The notes below the pieces were generated by a model. The model ran no database searches, was not told the origin of the DNA, and was given only the letters and a program-made list of their open reading frames with translations. From Ferroacidibacillus organovorans (GTDB lineage: Bacteria; Bacillota; Bacilli; Alicyclobacillales; SLC66), in the NCBI RefSeq assembly GCF_001642725.1, contig NZ_LSUQ01000009.1:1-64000 (forward strand): 64,000 bases of DNA, written 5' to 3'. Positions 39,558-49,442 of this stretch are shown piece after piece. The translations under genes were made by a program, and so were the position numbers. The first letter of the stretch is position 1; every line of letters begins with the position of its first letter.

Positions 39558-41162
39558 CTACGTTCCGCATACGGCGTCCACCGCAATGGTTTGAGGTTTG
39601 TCCTGATAAGAAAATCCTTCAATTTGGCCCATCCTCATGAAAAATTTATGGAACCTCTCACCCGGAAACGCTTGTGACTGATACGTGGCGATGATGCGTT
39701 CAAGCAAATCCGGCATTTGCTCTGCGGGGATACCTTCTGCGACACGTTGACCCGGTCCCGCGTTTCGCCCAGTCGTCTTGCCGCCAAGAAACAGATCAAA
39801 TCGGCCTTTGCGAAACACGAGCCCAATATCTTCATTCACTGCGCCATAACACGCCATTGCACATCCGTTAAAACCGATGCGCAACTCCTTTTCGACAGAC
39901 TGGCCCGCCAATCGTTCAGCGATCTCCTCTGCAAAGGAGATGCCTTCAAACTTCTCGCCATCACAAAAATCGCAAGCCTTCAACTTGATGACATCACCAA
40001 CGGGGAATACGCGCATTCCACCTTCACGCAACTCTTTGACGATTTTCTCAGCGTCATCCGTTGTTGTTCGAAAAATCAAATGGTGCGCGGGCGTGTATTC
40101 GAGTTCACCCTGGTCTCCTGCCAGCGTGGCGAGAAGGAGGAGCTGTGACGGGCTGAACTTCTTGTTCGCCACACCAGGACTGACGGCAATCTCCAAAATC
40201 GTTGATTGATGTGCAGAAGATTGTGTTGAGATTGATACATCAGCCCTATCGATGATCTTCATATCTGAGTTTCGCAAGCGACCCAGTGCTTCAGCAGCCC
40301 ATTCACGCGAAGATCGATTCTGTATCTCCGCATAAGAATTGAGAGACCAAGGTTCATTTTCAGGTTTGAGGCGCTCACCAGGACGCAGTCGCTGCTCCAC
40401 ACGGCCAAGGGTGTATTTTCGCTGATACCCACGAGGGGTGATCATCAAATCATCGTGATAAAACGTTGATGTGTTCCCAATGATGACCGTCGTCAACATA
40501 CCAATGTCGTGATTTAACATGTCATCCAGTGTTGTTCGTACCACGACCTGTCGATCTCGGTACGCACTCTTAACGAGTCCCACAGGCGTTTTTCCATCGC
40601 GATACTTGAGAAGAATCCGCTGTGTCTCTGCAATTTGTCGCGTACGCCGGCCACTCTTCGGGTTATAGAGCGCAATCACAAAATCTGCCGAGGCTGCGGC
40701 TTCAATCCGTTTTTCAATCACTGTCCATGGCGTCAGATGATCCGACAAACTAATCGTACAAGCGTCATGCATGATGGGAGCACCTAAGAGCGCTGCACAT
40801 GAATGGATTGCAGAAATGCCCGGAATGACTTCCACCCGCGGTTGATCCCCGGTATGCCACCCGCGTTCAATTAATACTTCGTATACCAAGCCGGCCATTC
40901 CGTATACCCCTGCGTCGCCACTTGAAATAACAGCGACCACCCTACCTTCGAGTGCCAGATCAACCGCCTTTTGCGCCCTACTCACTTCTTCCGTCATGCC
41001 TGTCCGAACAATGTCCTGATCGATCAACAAATCTCTGATTAAATCGACATATGTGTTGTAACCGATGATGACCTGACTCTCCTGAATGGCCTCACGCGCG
41101 CGAACCGTGATATGTTCGAAGCTTCCTGGCCCAAAACCAACGATTAAAATTTTCCCACCCAT
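39558..41162 (-). CDS. cbiH: Cobalt-precorrin-3B C17-methyltransferase with C-terminal nitrite/sulfite-reductase-like Fe-S domain (CbiH60 type)
   Basis: 'SSGDAGVYGMA', 'ISLSDHLTPW', 'YNPKS', 'TPRGY', then 'KACDFC...NGCAMACY'. Confidence 0.93.
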   Translation of the reverse strand: MGGKILIVGFGPGSFEHITVRAREAIQESQVIIGYNTYVDLIRDLLIDQDIVRTGMTEEVSRAQKAVDLALEGRVVAVISSGDAGVYGMAGLVYEVLIERGWHTGDQPRVEVIPGISAIHSCAALLGAPIMHDACTISLSDHLTPWTVIEKRIEAAASADFVIALYNPKSGRRTRQIAETQRILLKYRDGKTPVGLVKSAYRDRQVVVRTTLDDMLNHDIGMLTTVIIGNTSTFYHDDLMITPRGYQRKYTLGRVEQRLRPGERLKPENEPWSLNSYAEIQNRSSREWAAEALGRLRNSDMKIIDRADVSISTQSSAHQSTILEIAVSPGVANKKFSPSQLLLLATLAGDQGELEYTPAHHLIFRTTTDDAEKIVKELREGGMRVFPVGDVIKLKACDFCDGEKFEGISFAEEIAERLAGQSVEKELRIGFNGCAMACYGAVNEDIGLVFRKGRFDLFLGGKTTGRNAGPGQRVAEGIPAEQMPDLLERIIATYQSQAFPGERFHKFFMRMGQIEGFSYQDKPQTIAVDAVCGT

Positions 41163-41178
41163 GAATACCTTCCTCTCT

Positions 41179-41937
41179 TCATCGCGCCAATACCTTATCC
41201 GGTTCGAACCAGCACAGGGCATTTCGAAGTCGAACGACATTCCCTACCACAATCACTGCGGGAGATTGCAACCGAGCCTCTTCAACAACACGCGCAATTT
41301 CACCAAGTTTGCCAACAGCCACTTCCTGTCTCAAAGTCGTACCCCACTGGATGACAGCAACAGGTGTGTCTGCATTGCGCCCGTTTGCAATCAATTTCTC
41401 AGATATCTCTCTCAGGTGCCCCATGCCCATGAGAATCACCAAAGTTTGACTTGAAAGCGCAAGCACCTCCCAAGGCGTTCCTGAGGAATGAAGACATTCA
41501 TGTCCAGTAACCACGTGAACCCCCGAAGCAAGCGTTCTATGCGTGAGCGGAATCCCTGCATAGGCTGGCGCAGCGATCGCCGAACTGATGCCAGGAACGA
41601 TCTCAAACGGGATACCCATTAACGCGAGCGCCTCAGCCTCCTCGCCTCCTCGCCCAAAAACAAATGGATCACCACCTTTTAATCGAGAGACGGTGTGACC
41701 GCGTGCGGCCTTTTCCACCAGCAATGCGTCGATTTCTGCCTGTGGCAACGCATGGTTGTTTGCTTCTTTTCCGACGAAGATTCGTTCAGCATAGCGAGGA
41801 ATCATCGCAAGAATTTCATCCGATACCAGACGGTCGTAAATGACAACATCCGACTGCTCCAAATAATCCTTAGCCTTCAGCGTCAACAACCCTGGATCAC
41901 CAGGACCCGCGCCGATCAGATACACGATACCTGTCAC
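41179..41937 (-). CDS. cobA: Uroporphyrinogen-III C-methyltransferase
   Basis: 'GAGPGDPGLLT', 'RLKGGDPFVFGRGGEE', 'AGIPLTHR'. Confidence 0.96.
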   Translation of the reverse strand: MTGIVYLIGAGPGDPGLLTLKAKDYLEQSDVVIYDRLVSDEILAMIPRYAERIFVGKEANNHALPQAEIDALLVEKAARGHTVSRLKGGDPFVFGRGGEEAEALALMGIPFEIVPGISSAIAAPAYAGIPLTHRTLASGVHVVTGHECLHSSGTPWEVLALSSQTLVILMGMGHLREISEKLIANGRNADTPVAVIQWGTTLRQEVAVGKLGEIARVVEEARLQSPAVIVVGNVVRLRNALCWFEPDKVLAR

Positions 41938-41951
41938 GTCATCCCCTCCAG

Positions 41952-42833
41952 TTAACCGCGAGAACCTGCTTCGCTTTGGTAGACATGTGAATGTGCATGG
42001 TCATGATGATCGTGATTGTGGGGATGTTCGTGTGCCGCCAATTTGCGATATTTGCACAGGTCGCAATTCATGAAAGACTGACCGCGCACCGCCTCCTCGC
42101 GGCGCTCTAGAACGATTTCTATCAACCGTCTGTGCATGCCAAAATACTCCGCCATATGCAGCGGAATCGTCGGATCGGCAGCTTGCATCTCTTGTAAAAC
42201 ATCTCTCATGCGTTTGATAAGTACGCCCGTAAACAAAAAATAAGGAACAACAACCACGCGCTTTGCGCCGAGTGAAAGCGCACGTTTTATGCCGTCTGGC
42301 AACCTTGGAAATGTGATGCCAGTAAAACATACCTCGACGGTGAACACTCCTGTTTGCTCCCACACTTGACGGGCAATCTTGTATAAATCTCCGTTTGCGT
42401 CTGGATCACTGCTGCCACGGCCCATGAGTACAATCGCGGTTTGATGGATCTCTTCCTGTGCAAACATCGCTGCCTGCTCATAAAATCGGTCGGTCAACAA
42501 ATCAATCATTTGTTCGTGAAGGCCAATGTTGCGCCCATAAACAATCTCGACATTCGGATATTTGCGTCTGGCTGCATCAAGATACTCAGGGATTTCGAAT
42601 TTTACATGCGAGGCTGCGAGAAGAATCACGGGGACGACGACAATGCGATCTGCATCCTGTCGTATGCACGCGTTCAACCCATCTGGAATCGTGGGCGTCG
42701 TCAATTCGAGGAAACAAGCTTCAAAATGTTGGGTTGGAACCCGTCGACGGATTTCATTTACAAATTCCAGAAACTCCTGATTACCATCGGAGTCCCGACT
42801 TCCGTGACCAACAAACAGTGTTATTTCATTCAT
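41952..42833 (-). CDS. cbiX: Long-form sirohydrochlorin cobaltochelatase
   Basis: Two chelatase halves ('GHGSR', 'GRGSSD'), 'MNCDLCKY' and a His-rich tail. Confidence 0.92.
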   Translation of the reverse strand: MNEITLFVGHGSRDSDGNQEFLEFVNEIRRRVPTQHFEACFLELTTPTIPDGLNACIRQDADRIVVVPVILLAASHVKFEIPEYLDAARRKYPNVEIVYGRNIGLHEQMIDLLTDRFYEQAAMFAQEEIHQTAIVLMGRGSSDPDANGDLYKIARQVWEQTGVFTVEVCFTGITFPRLPDGIKRALSLGAKRVVVVPYFLFTGVLIKRMRDVLQEMQAADPTIPLHMAEYFGMHRRLIEIVLERREEAVRGQSFMNCDLCKYRKLAAHEHPHNHDHHDHAHSHVYQSEAGSRG

Positions 42834-42887
42834 TTTTATCCCCCTAAGTTTTCCATACTAGGAGGATTGTTTGTGGGTAAGCCATTA

Positions 42888-42919
42888 TAAAAGCACTCTT
42901 TTATAGTAAAAGAGTGCTT
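42888..42919 (-). terminator. Attenuator terminator in the cbi leader
   Basis: AAGCACTCTTTTA-cta-TAAAAGAGTGCTT stem ending in a T-run, between the riboswitch and cbiX. Confidence 0.75.
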
Positions 42920-43027
42920 GTACACGACAAGAGTCGCCCACAAACACCTCCCTATCGACCGTAGGTTGCCGAAGACTGCTCAAATGAAGATATCTTCATC
43001 ATTTGAACTTCCTTCATGGGTGTTCAG

Positions 43028-43185
43028 AGAAAAGGCAGGTCTCCTGGCTCGGGATCACAGCCGTCGATTTCCTTCCCAAGCAAACGCTCAGTGGCAATCA
43101 ATCGAGGCTCACCCTTACAGTGGCGGGACCGCACCGGACTTGCACCGGTTTCCCTCTTACGCTTACCTCTGGCATCTAAAAGAAA
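43028..43185 (-). ncRNA. Cobalamin riboswitch
   Basis: Minus strand AAGAGGGAAACCGGTGCAAGTCCGGTGCGGTCCCGCCACTGTAA...GCCACTG...GGGAAGG...GAGCCAGGAGACCTGCC (B12 box). Confidence 0.96.
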
Positions 43186-43357
43186 TTACGCTTTTAGAGT
43201 CACCTGAGGTAAACACCTTTTCCTCATTATTCAATTTTGATAAACGGTAGTCTCACAGAATTAATCTATTCTTATCGTAGACGAACTCGTACTAGAAAAT
43301 CAAGTGATTGATGGAATTTCAACTCTCGCAAACGTCAATTTCGACGTAATTTTACTT

Positions 43358-43846
43358 TTACAACAATACCTCCATCGCCATCACGTCAATAAACTGGCCG
43401 TCCAGTATCCCTTGGTTCTTAAACACGCCAACCTCACGATACCTCATTTTTCGATACAGTCCCTGCCCAGCTTGATTAAACGGGAACGTGAACAAGACGA
43501 TCTTGTGGAAGCCGTGCTGGCGAGCCACTTCCTGCAATTTCAATAGGAGAGCGGAACCAACGCCTTTCCCGCGCGCAGTTCGGCGAATATAGACAGACAA
43601 ATCGGCTACCCCCGCATAGGCGCAACGGTGAGAGTACGGATTGAGAGAGGCCCACCCGAGAGTTACTCCATCTTCTTCAGCGACGATCACTGCATACCGA
43701 TCGACGTGGTTTGCAAACCAATTTTCTATATAGACGCTATCTTTCATGTCTGCCTCAAGGGTTGCAATGCGATCCTCAATCCCCTGATTGTAAATCGTCA
43801 ATATGTCTTCCAAATCGGTTCGCTGTGCCGCTCGCAACATCAACAT
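43358..43846 (-). CDS. GNAT, ArsN1/phosphinothricin-acetyltransferase-like
   Basis: 'IYNQGIEDRIATLE', 'WASLNPYSHRCAYAGVADLSVYI', 'HKIVLFTFPFN'. Confidence 0.85.
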   Translation of the reverse strand: MLMLRAAQRTDLEDILTIYNQGIEDRIATLEADMKDSVYIENWFANHVDRYAVIVAEEDGVTLGWASLNPYSHRCAYAGVADLSVYIRRTARGKGVGSALLLKLQEVARQHGFHKIVLFTFPFNQAGQGLYRKMRYREVGVFKNQGILDGQFIDVMAMEVLL

Positions 43847-44014
43847 GATAAGTTCCGGCTCCTTTTGCAGGAATTTCACTATCCGAGAATCCCTCTTTGC
43901 ATTTCGCCTATTTTTTATTTAAGTAGACTTATATCCTACGCAGGCAAACTTCTAGCAGAATAGATTAATCGCGAAAGTGAAGATTCAATTCGACTTGCCA
44001 AGGGGGTGAAAACC

Positions 44015-44263
44015 GTGGTAAGTATTCCGAAACAGCCTGATGTCGTGTTTATCTACTGGGAAAAAAATCCTCTCAGACCAAGATCCCACCGTCGGATAAA
44101 AAAGGTTTGTGTTGTAGGGACCGCATTCCCTTGCAGAAGCTCACTGCACCTGGGAAACACCCTCTTGCATGCTAAGCAGTGCCTGTTAAGACATGGTTTT
44201 GTTGTCGTTTGTCACAGGCATTCAACCAGTGTCAGTGGATTCACAGTTCTTGAGCGCAGATGA
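44015..44263 (+). CDS. Small basic Cys/His-rich hypothetical protein
   Basis: AAGGGGGTG RBS before GTG 44015; followed by a bidirectional terminator. Confidence 0.55.
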   Translation: MVSIPKQPDVVFIYWEKNPLRPRSHRRIKKVCVVGTAFPCRSSLHLGNTLLHAKQCLLRHGFVVVCHRHSTSVSGFTVLERR

Positions 44264-44278
44264 ACACCTCATTTCGAA

Positions 44279-44317
44279 GAAAAAAGCGGTAAACCACAAC
44301 GGTTTCCCGCTTTTTTT
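44279..44317. terminator. Bidirectional intrinsic terminator
   Basis: A-run, GCGGtAAACC...GGTTTcCCGC stem, T-run between convergent genes. Confidence 0.8.
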
Positions 44318-44323
44318 CTGCAT

Positions 44324-45106
44324 CTACGCTTTCACAGCAAGGGCAATCCATTCGTCTGTTTCAAAGCTTGAAACAGCCCCATTTTCGATCACAATGTTGA
44401 AATAAGACTTAAAATCTCGGGGCGCATTCAGAAGCATCGACGATACCGCCAGACGGTGCGCATCGGTAGGAGCCATTCGATCCAGCCACGATTGAAAGCG
44501 AAATTTCTTTTTTCGGGCCGTACTCTGTGCAAGAATGAATCCTTGTTTTTCCAACAAGCTCTGCCATTGAAGTACAGTCAGACACTTTACATGACTCGGA
44601 TCGCGAATGGCCTCGACAAGATTTACAAAATCAGAACACGCAGGGTCATCCGGCGCAACATTGTCAATCAACAGAAATCGTCCGTTTGGACGCAATACGC
44701 GCGCAACCTCACGAATAAACGCGGCTGGATTGGGAAAATGGTGTGCCGCAATGCGACAGGTAACAATATCAAATGAATCCTTCAAAAAAGGCAGTTCTTC
44801 CGCGTCTGCAAGCACGTATTGTGCGTTCTTTACACCGCTTTCAGTCAAGTGATTTCGAGCGGTCTCAAGCATCATCGACGTCAGATCAGTAACTGTCACG
44901 CTCTGAACAAAAGGCGCCAATGTTTTTGCTACGTGACCGCCTCCCGTTGCAACGTCGAGCATGATATCAGCAGATGTGGGGTGCAGCAACTCAATGGCAA
45001 GTGCGAGATCCGAGCCTTGCGCATGTCCCTCACTCGACACATATTTTTCGGCATTTTGTCCGAATTGCTGTTGAACACGCTGTTTGCTGGAAGGATTAAA
45101 GCTCAT
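44324..45106 (-). CDS. Class I SAM-dependent methyltransferase
   Basis: 'LDVATGGGH', 'DAEELPF', 'FDIVTCRIAAHHF', 'RVLRPNG'. Confidence 0.93.
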   Translation of the reverse strand: MSFNPSSKQRVQQQFGQNAEKYVSSEGHAQGSDLALAIELLHPTSADIMLDVATGGGHVAKTLAPFVQSVTVTDLTSMMLETARNHLTESGVKNAQYVLADAEELPFLKDSFDIVTCRIAAHHFPNPAAFIREVARVLRPNGRFLLIDNVAPDDPACSDFVNLVEAIRDPSHVKCLTVLQWQSLLEKQGFILAQSTARKKKFRFQSWLDRMAPTDAHRLAVSSMLLNAPRDFKSYFNIVIENGAVSSFETDEWIALAVKA

Positions 45107-45174
45107 TCAAACTCCTCCTGACGTGCGAATTCTGGTGCCCCCTCATGCCTGTTTGATAAGAAATGAGAAAAGCA

Positions 45175-46092
45175 TCATGTGAGATTTATAGCGTGAGCAG
45201 CACCCGCAACCTTTTTTAATGTCCTCCCGTACCATACCGCCCACAGTGGTGCTGCGATGAAAATTGAACTGTAAGCGCCGCTGATGAGACCGATAGAAAG
45301 GGCAAACGTGAAACTGTGAATGGATTGACCTCCAAAGAAGAAAAGCATGAACGCGGCGATCAGTACTGTGGCAACCGTATTTAATGAGCGGCGCATCGTC
45401 TGCCAAAGACTCTCGTTTACAAGCGTATGCAGTTCGCGATGGGTTTTGGGAGGATTCTGTTTCAAATTCTCCCGTATTCGATCAAAAATAACAATCGTGT
45501 CATTAATAGAATACCCGATAATGGTGAGTACAGCAGCAACAAAGGTTAGATTGACCTCTAAACGCAAAAGCACAAAGACAGACATCACAATGAATGCATC
45601 GTGCAAAAGCGCGATAATTGCCGCCACAGAAAAGCGATACTCAAAGCGAAACGTGATAAAGACGGCAATGCACAGTGATGCAATAAGCACTGCCAAAATG
45701 GCCTTTTGAGAGGTCTGCTCGGCGACAAGTGGATCAACTGTATCCACTTGTAAAGATGAATTTGGAAAGGCACCACTTGTTGCATGGGCAATCGCTGACT
45801 CTTGAGTCAGTGACAAAACTTCAGGGAATCGAATCATGGCGATTTCGCCATTCATCCCCGCAACCGTAACGGCTCCATTCGAAACGGGCACACCCGAATT
45901 TCCGATGACTTGTTCGACTTTCACTGTGCTAAAAGGTCTATGAATATCTAATTGTATCTGGGAACCTGCCTTAAAGTCAGTCCCGAGATTGAATCCAAAC
46001 AACAAGAAGAGTAAGAGCCCAGTGATCGTGATTGCACAAGATAGAGAGAAAAACCACTTACGGTGACCAAGGATGTCAAACCGTAGGTTCAT
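45175..46092 (-). CDS. secF: Protein translocase subunit SecF
   Basis: 'NLGTDFKAG', 'ALLHD', 'GYSINDTIVIFDRIREN', 'GAYSSIFIA'. Confidence 0.95.
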   Translation of the reverse strand: MNLRFDILGHRKWFFSLSCAITITGLLLFLLFGFNLGTDFKAGSQIQLDIHRPFSTVKVEQVIGNSGVPVSNGAVTVAGMNGEIAMIRFPEVLSLTQESAIAHATSGAFPNSSLQVDTVDPLVAEQTSQKAILAVLIASLCIAVFITFRFEYRFSVAAIIALLHDAFIVMSVFVLLRLEVNLTFVAAVLTIIGYSINDTIVIFDRIRENLKQNPPKTHRELHTLVNESLWQTMRRSLNTVATVLIAAFMLFFFGGQSIHSFTFALSIGLISGAYSSIFIAAPLWAVWYGRTLKKVAGAAHAINLT

Positions 46093-47348
46093 TTCGGCAA
46101 TCCTCCTTTGCGAGCGCCATACCAGAATGAACTGCGCACTAGATTGGCGCGCGTAAACAGCGTCAGCATCGTGCGCGAGAGGAGAACCGCGGTCAATAAA
46201 GAAACAAGAATACCGACCATAAGTGCCACGGCGAACCCACGGATCTCCCCTTGCCCTAACCAAAACATCACCATGGCTGCGATAAAGGTGGCTGCATTTG
46301 AATCAAAAATCGTACGAAATGCCCGCTTTGATCCAGCGAGGACCGCCGATTTTAAACTACGTCCATTCTGAATTTCGTCTTTGATACGCTCATACGCAAT
46401 AATGTTTGCATCCACCGCGATCCCCAGGCCTAGGATAAGCGCCGCTAGTCCTGGCAGTGTAAGAGTAATCGGAAATACTGCAAAGACAAGGAGTGTCAAG
46501 TAGGCGTACGCGACAAGAGCAATCGTCGCGATCAACCCAGCTACGCGATAAATAACCATCATGAAAATGAAGATAAGTCCAATAGAAATGAGTCCCGCAT
46601 CCATCGTCGATTTCAGTGAAATGGCGCCGAGTTGCGGGCCGATACTTGTCGATGAAACGAGTTTGAGTGGGAGCGGAAGTGCTCCGGCATTCAATTGACG
46701 TGCAAGCGTTTGTGATTCCTGGAAACTGTTTAGTGGCCCAATGGATGTTTGACCATCTTCGATGACACTATCGATCTGAGCAGAATTGATGAGTCTTCCG
46801 TTCAAAAAAAGATAGATTGTCTTTCCTAAATACCTTTTTGTGATATTTGACCATTTCTCCTTGTTTTTAAACGTGACATCAACGACCGTTTGGCCAAGCT
46901 GATTCTGTCCGACCGATGCATGATTTGCGATGTCACTGCCTGTTATAAGCAGAGAAGTTTTGATCGGTATAATCTGACCGCCTTTTGCCACGGTCACTTG
47001 ACGATAAATGGCCAACTGAGCAGTCTCACCAATGACTTTCTCGGCATTTTGTTGGTTTGAGACGCCAGCGAGTTGAACGCTAATTTCATTTCCATTTTCC
47101 ACATTAATAATAGGAGATGAAACGCCTAGAGAATTCACTCGTGTCTCGACCGCCTGAACCGCCGCTTGAATGTCTCCCTGCGTGAGAACTTTACCCTTTG
47201 GAGGTTGAATGTCATAAAGCAAACTAATGCCGCCTTTTAAGTCTAGTCCAAGCGGAATCGCCTTCCAGACTCTCAAAACTGTGCCTGCCGTGAGGCTGAG
47301 GATGATGATCGCTATCGTGAGAAAAGCACCCAACCGGCCAAATTTCAC
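46089..47348 (-). CDS. secD: Protein translocase subunit SecD
   Basis: 'LGLDLKGG', 'RVNSLGVS', 'LNAGALP', 'LTLPGLA', 'AVDANIIAYERIKDE'. Confidence 0.95.
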   Translation of the reverse strand: MKFGRLGAFLTIAIIILSLTAGTVLRVWKAIPLGLDLKGGISLLYDIQPPKGKVLTQGDIQAAVQAVETRVNSLGVSSPIINVENGNEISVQLAGVSNQQNAEKVIGETAQLAIYRQVTVAKGGQIIPIKTSLLITGSDIANHASVGQNQLGQTVVDVTFKNKEKWSNITKRYLGKTIYLFLNGRLINSAQIDSVIEDGQTSIGPLNSFQESQTLARQLNAGALPLPLKLVSSTSIGPQLGAISLKSTMDAGLISIGLIFIFMMVIYRVAGLIATIALVAYAYLTLLVFAVFPITLTLPGLAALILGLGIAVDANIIAYERIKDEIQNGRSLKSAVLAGSKRAFRTIFDSNAATFIAAMVMFWLGQGEIRGFAVALMVGILVSLLTAVLLSRTMLTLFTRANLVRSSFWYGARKGGLPK

Positions 47349-47454
47349 GCTTCATCGCTCCCCGTCAATCCATTAAAGGGCATAGTGAACAGACCCGCAG
47401 ATAAAAATCTTACAGGCTCAGTTCGCCAAATCATGATTCGATGAGAAGAGTATT

Positions 47455-47838
47455 CTACGATTTACCAGAAAATGCCGCGATTAAATTAAAATGCTTATCA
47501 TCTTTATACTGCGTTTTTTGGAGAAGGGTCGCCGCAGCCATAGGGAGAGACGCTAACGCGGCAGTCACTACCGTTGACTCTATTTTAGGTGTCCCCTGTT
47601 TTAATCGAAGAACTCCAGTTATGGTTAATACTCCCATGAACACAACAGTCAGAGTGATGATTGCGACTAACCACCACTTCGTATGGATTTGACGTGAATG
47701 ACTCTCATTTGAAATCGAATGGACTTTCGTCAAAAGTTGGTCTCTAAACTCTTGAGATACATCGAGATCCTTTGCAATCGTACGTTCAGCGATGTGGCGC
47801 AAGTTTTTTAAGCTGTCTTTGGTCTGAACGTTCTTCAT
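47455..47838 (-). CDS. Single-TM protein, probable anti-sigma factor
   Basis: Overlaps the sigma 3' end; cytoplasmic N-terminus 'VSQEFRDQLLTKV', one TM 'WWLVAIITLTVVFMGVLTI'. Confidence 0.6.
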   Translation of the reverse strand: MKNVQTKDSLKNLRHIAERTIAKDLDVSQEFRDQLLTKVHSISNESHSRQIHTKWWLVAIITLTVVFMGVLTITGVLRLKQGTPKIESTVVTAALASLPMAAATLLQKTQYKDDKHFNLIAAFSGKS

Positions 47839-48340
47839 GAGCTAGTCCTTCCTCTCTTTGTTTAAGAAGTTTTCTTGCCCGAAATAATCGCACCTTCACA
47901 GCGCCTTCCAAAATACCGAGCATTTTAGCGATCTCATTGATTGATTTATCCTCAAAATAGTGAAGCAGTACAACCTCTTTTAACTTCACAGGTAACTCCT
48001 GTACTTGATATGCGATGGACATTTCATCCGAGCGTCTAAGCACTTCTGATTCGGCCGAGGGCGAAATCAACGTAATCGGAAAAATATCAACCGGAAAGGC
48101 AGGATGGCGCTGTTGCCACCGGGCGAAGTTCCTGCAAACATTCACAGCGATTTTTAATAACCAAGTCTTTGCATCGCAATCACTTCGAAACGCAGCAATG
48201 TTTTTGTAGGCTCGAATAAAAACTTCCTGTGTTAAATCTTCAGCCTCATTGTTGTTTTTCGTGTAGAAACGTATAAAATGCAAGATATCTCGCCCGTATG
48301 CACGCAACAGGCCATCCATCGTCTCCTCGTCATTTGGCAA
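47786..48340 (-). CDS. ECF RNA polymerase sigma factor
   Basis: 'AEDLTQEVFIRAY', 'KTWLLKIAVN', 'INEIAKMLGI..GAVKVRLFRAR'. Confidence 0.93.
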   Translation of the reverse strand: MPNDEETMDGLLRAYGRDILHFIRFYTKNNNEAEDLTQEVFIRAYKNIAAFRSDCDAKTWLLKIAVNVCRNFARWQQRHPAFPVDIFPITLISPSAESEVLRRSDEMSIAYQVQELPVKLKEVVLLHYFEDKSINEIAKMLGILEGAVKVRLFRARKLLKQREEGLAHEERSDQRQLKKLAPHR

Positions 48341-48363
48341 ACCGCTTCACCCCTCATGACAAT

Positions 48364-48392
48364 TTAGACACCACAAATCAGAAAAGGTTACA
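48364..48392 (-). promoter_or_regulatory. Putative ECF autoregulatory promoter
   Basis: TGTAAC-17 bp-GTCTAA just upstream of the sigma RBS. Confidence 0.55.
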
Positions 48393-48589
48393 CTGCGATT
48401 CACAAAACTGTTTTTCCCCTCTGTTAGCCCTAACTTAGCATAGATCAGTGCCTTTGTTATCCATGCGAACGGTCACATGTTTCAAAAATAGAATAATAAA
48501 AAACCCCAACAATGAGTCGGGGCGCACATATTACGCACATTATTTCGCCAAGATGCCGAATGCTTTACATGAATTCGGTTCAGCACAAC

Positions 48590-49276
48590 TCAGGAAGTCT
48601 TATAAGATAATGCGGACGTATCGAATCTTACTTCTGCTTGCGGTTTATAGGCCACATACCCCCGATTCAGTCCGTATGCAAAGGGTTCGCATGCAACATG
48701 TTCGTATCCGCAGGACTTGAGCATTTCGTATACTTCCTTTTTCCAGAATCCCCACACTTCTCCTTGTTTCATCCCGCGTTCGTACTGATCTGGATCGTAG
48801 CGATACCGCACTTTGTGAACGATGATCGAAACCAGGGGATTGATCATCGTAAGAAGAATCTTGCCACTTGGTTTGAGCACTCGTCTCGCTTCTCGCAATA
48901 CGTCCAATCGATTCGGGATATGGTTTAACGCAGCGATAATCGTTACACAGTCAAACTCTGCATCCCCAAAAGGCAATCGAGCGGTGTCTTCCACGACACG
49001 ATCTACATGATCCCACGGATAAACATCCACCCCCACCCCGTTGCCGTGAGCGCGCACAATGACGTTGTCTCCGCAGCCAATATCCAGTACCCTGCCGTCA
49101 ACATGTCTCAGTGCAAACAGAATTCTCTCCTGATCGATCGGAGTTAGACCAAACTGTATCGATTTTTCGGCTGACATTAGACATAAAACAGGAAATGCAA
49201 TGCGATCCTTCATCAACTGCCACCGATTTCGGCCGCGTCGAACTGATATCAACATCTCTGGTGTAAAAAAATGCAT
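48590..49276 (-). CDS. Class I SAM-dependent methyltransferase
   Basis: 'VLDIGCG', 'LPFGDAEFD', 'ARRVLKPSG'. Confidence 0.9.
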
Positions 49277-49442
49277 CCCAATACCTCCCTATGCACAAAA
49301 CGATTTTCACAGGTCTATACGACCGCGTCAAAAGCAATCGTGTTCAAATTCATTCCTTTTTATACATAGGGCGTTTGATTAAGGACAATCTATGGCGGGC
49401 GGCAGCTTGATCGATATTGACCAAGAGAACGGGGTGTTGGTG

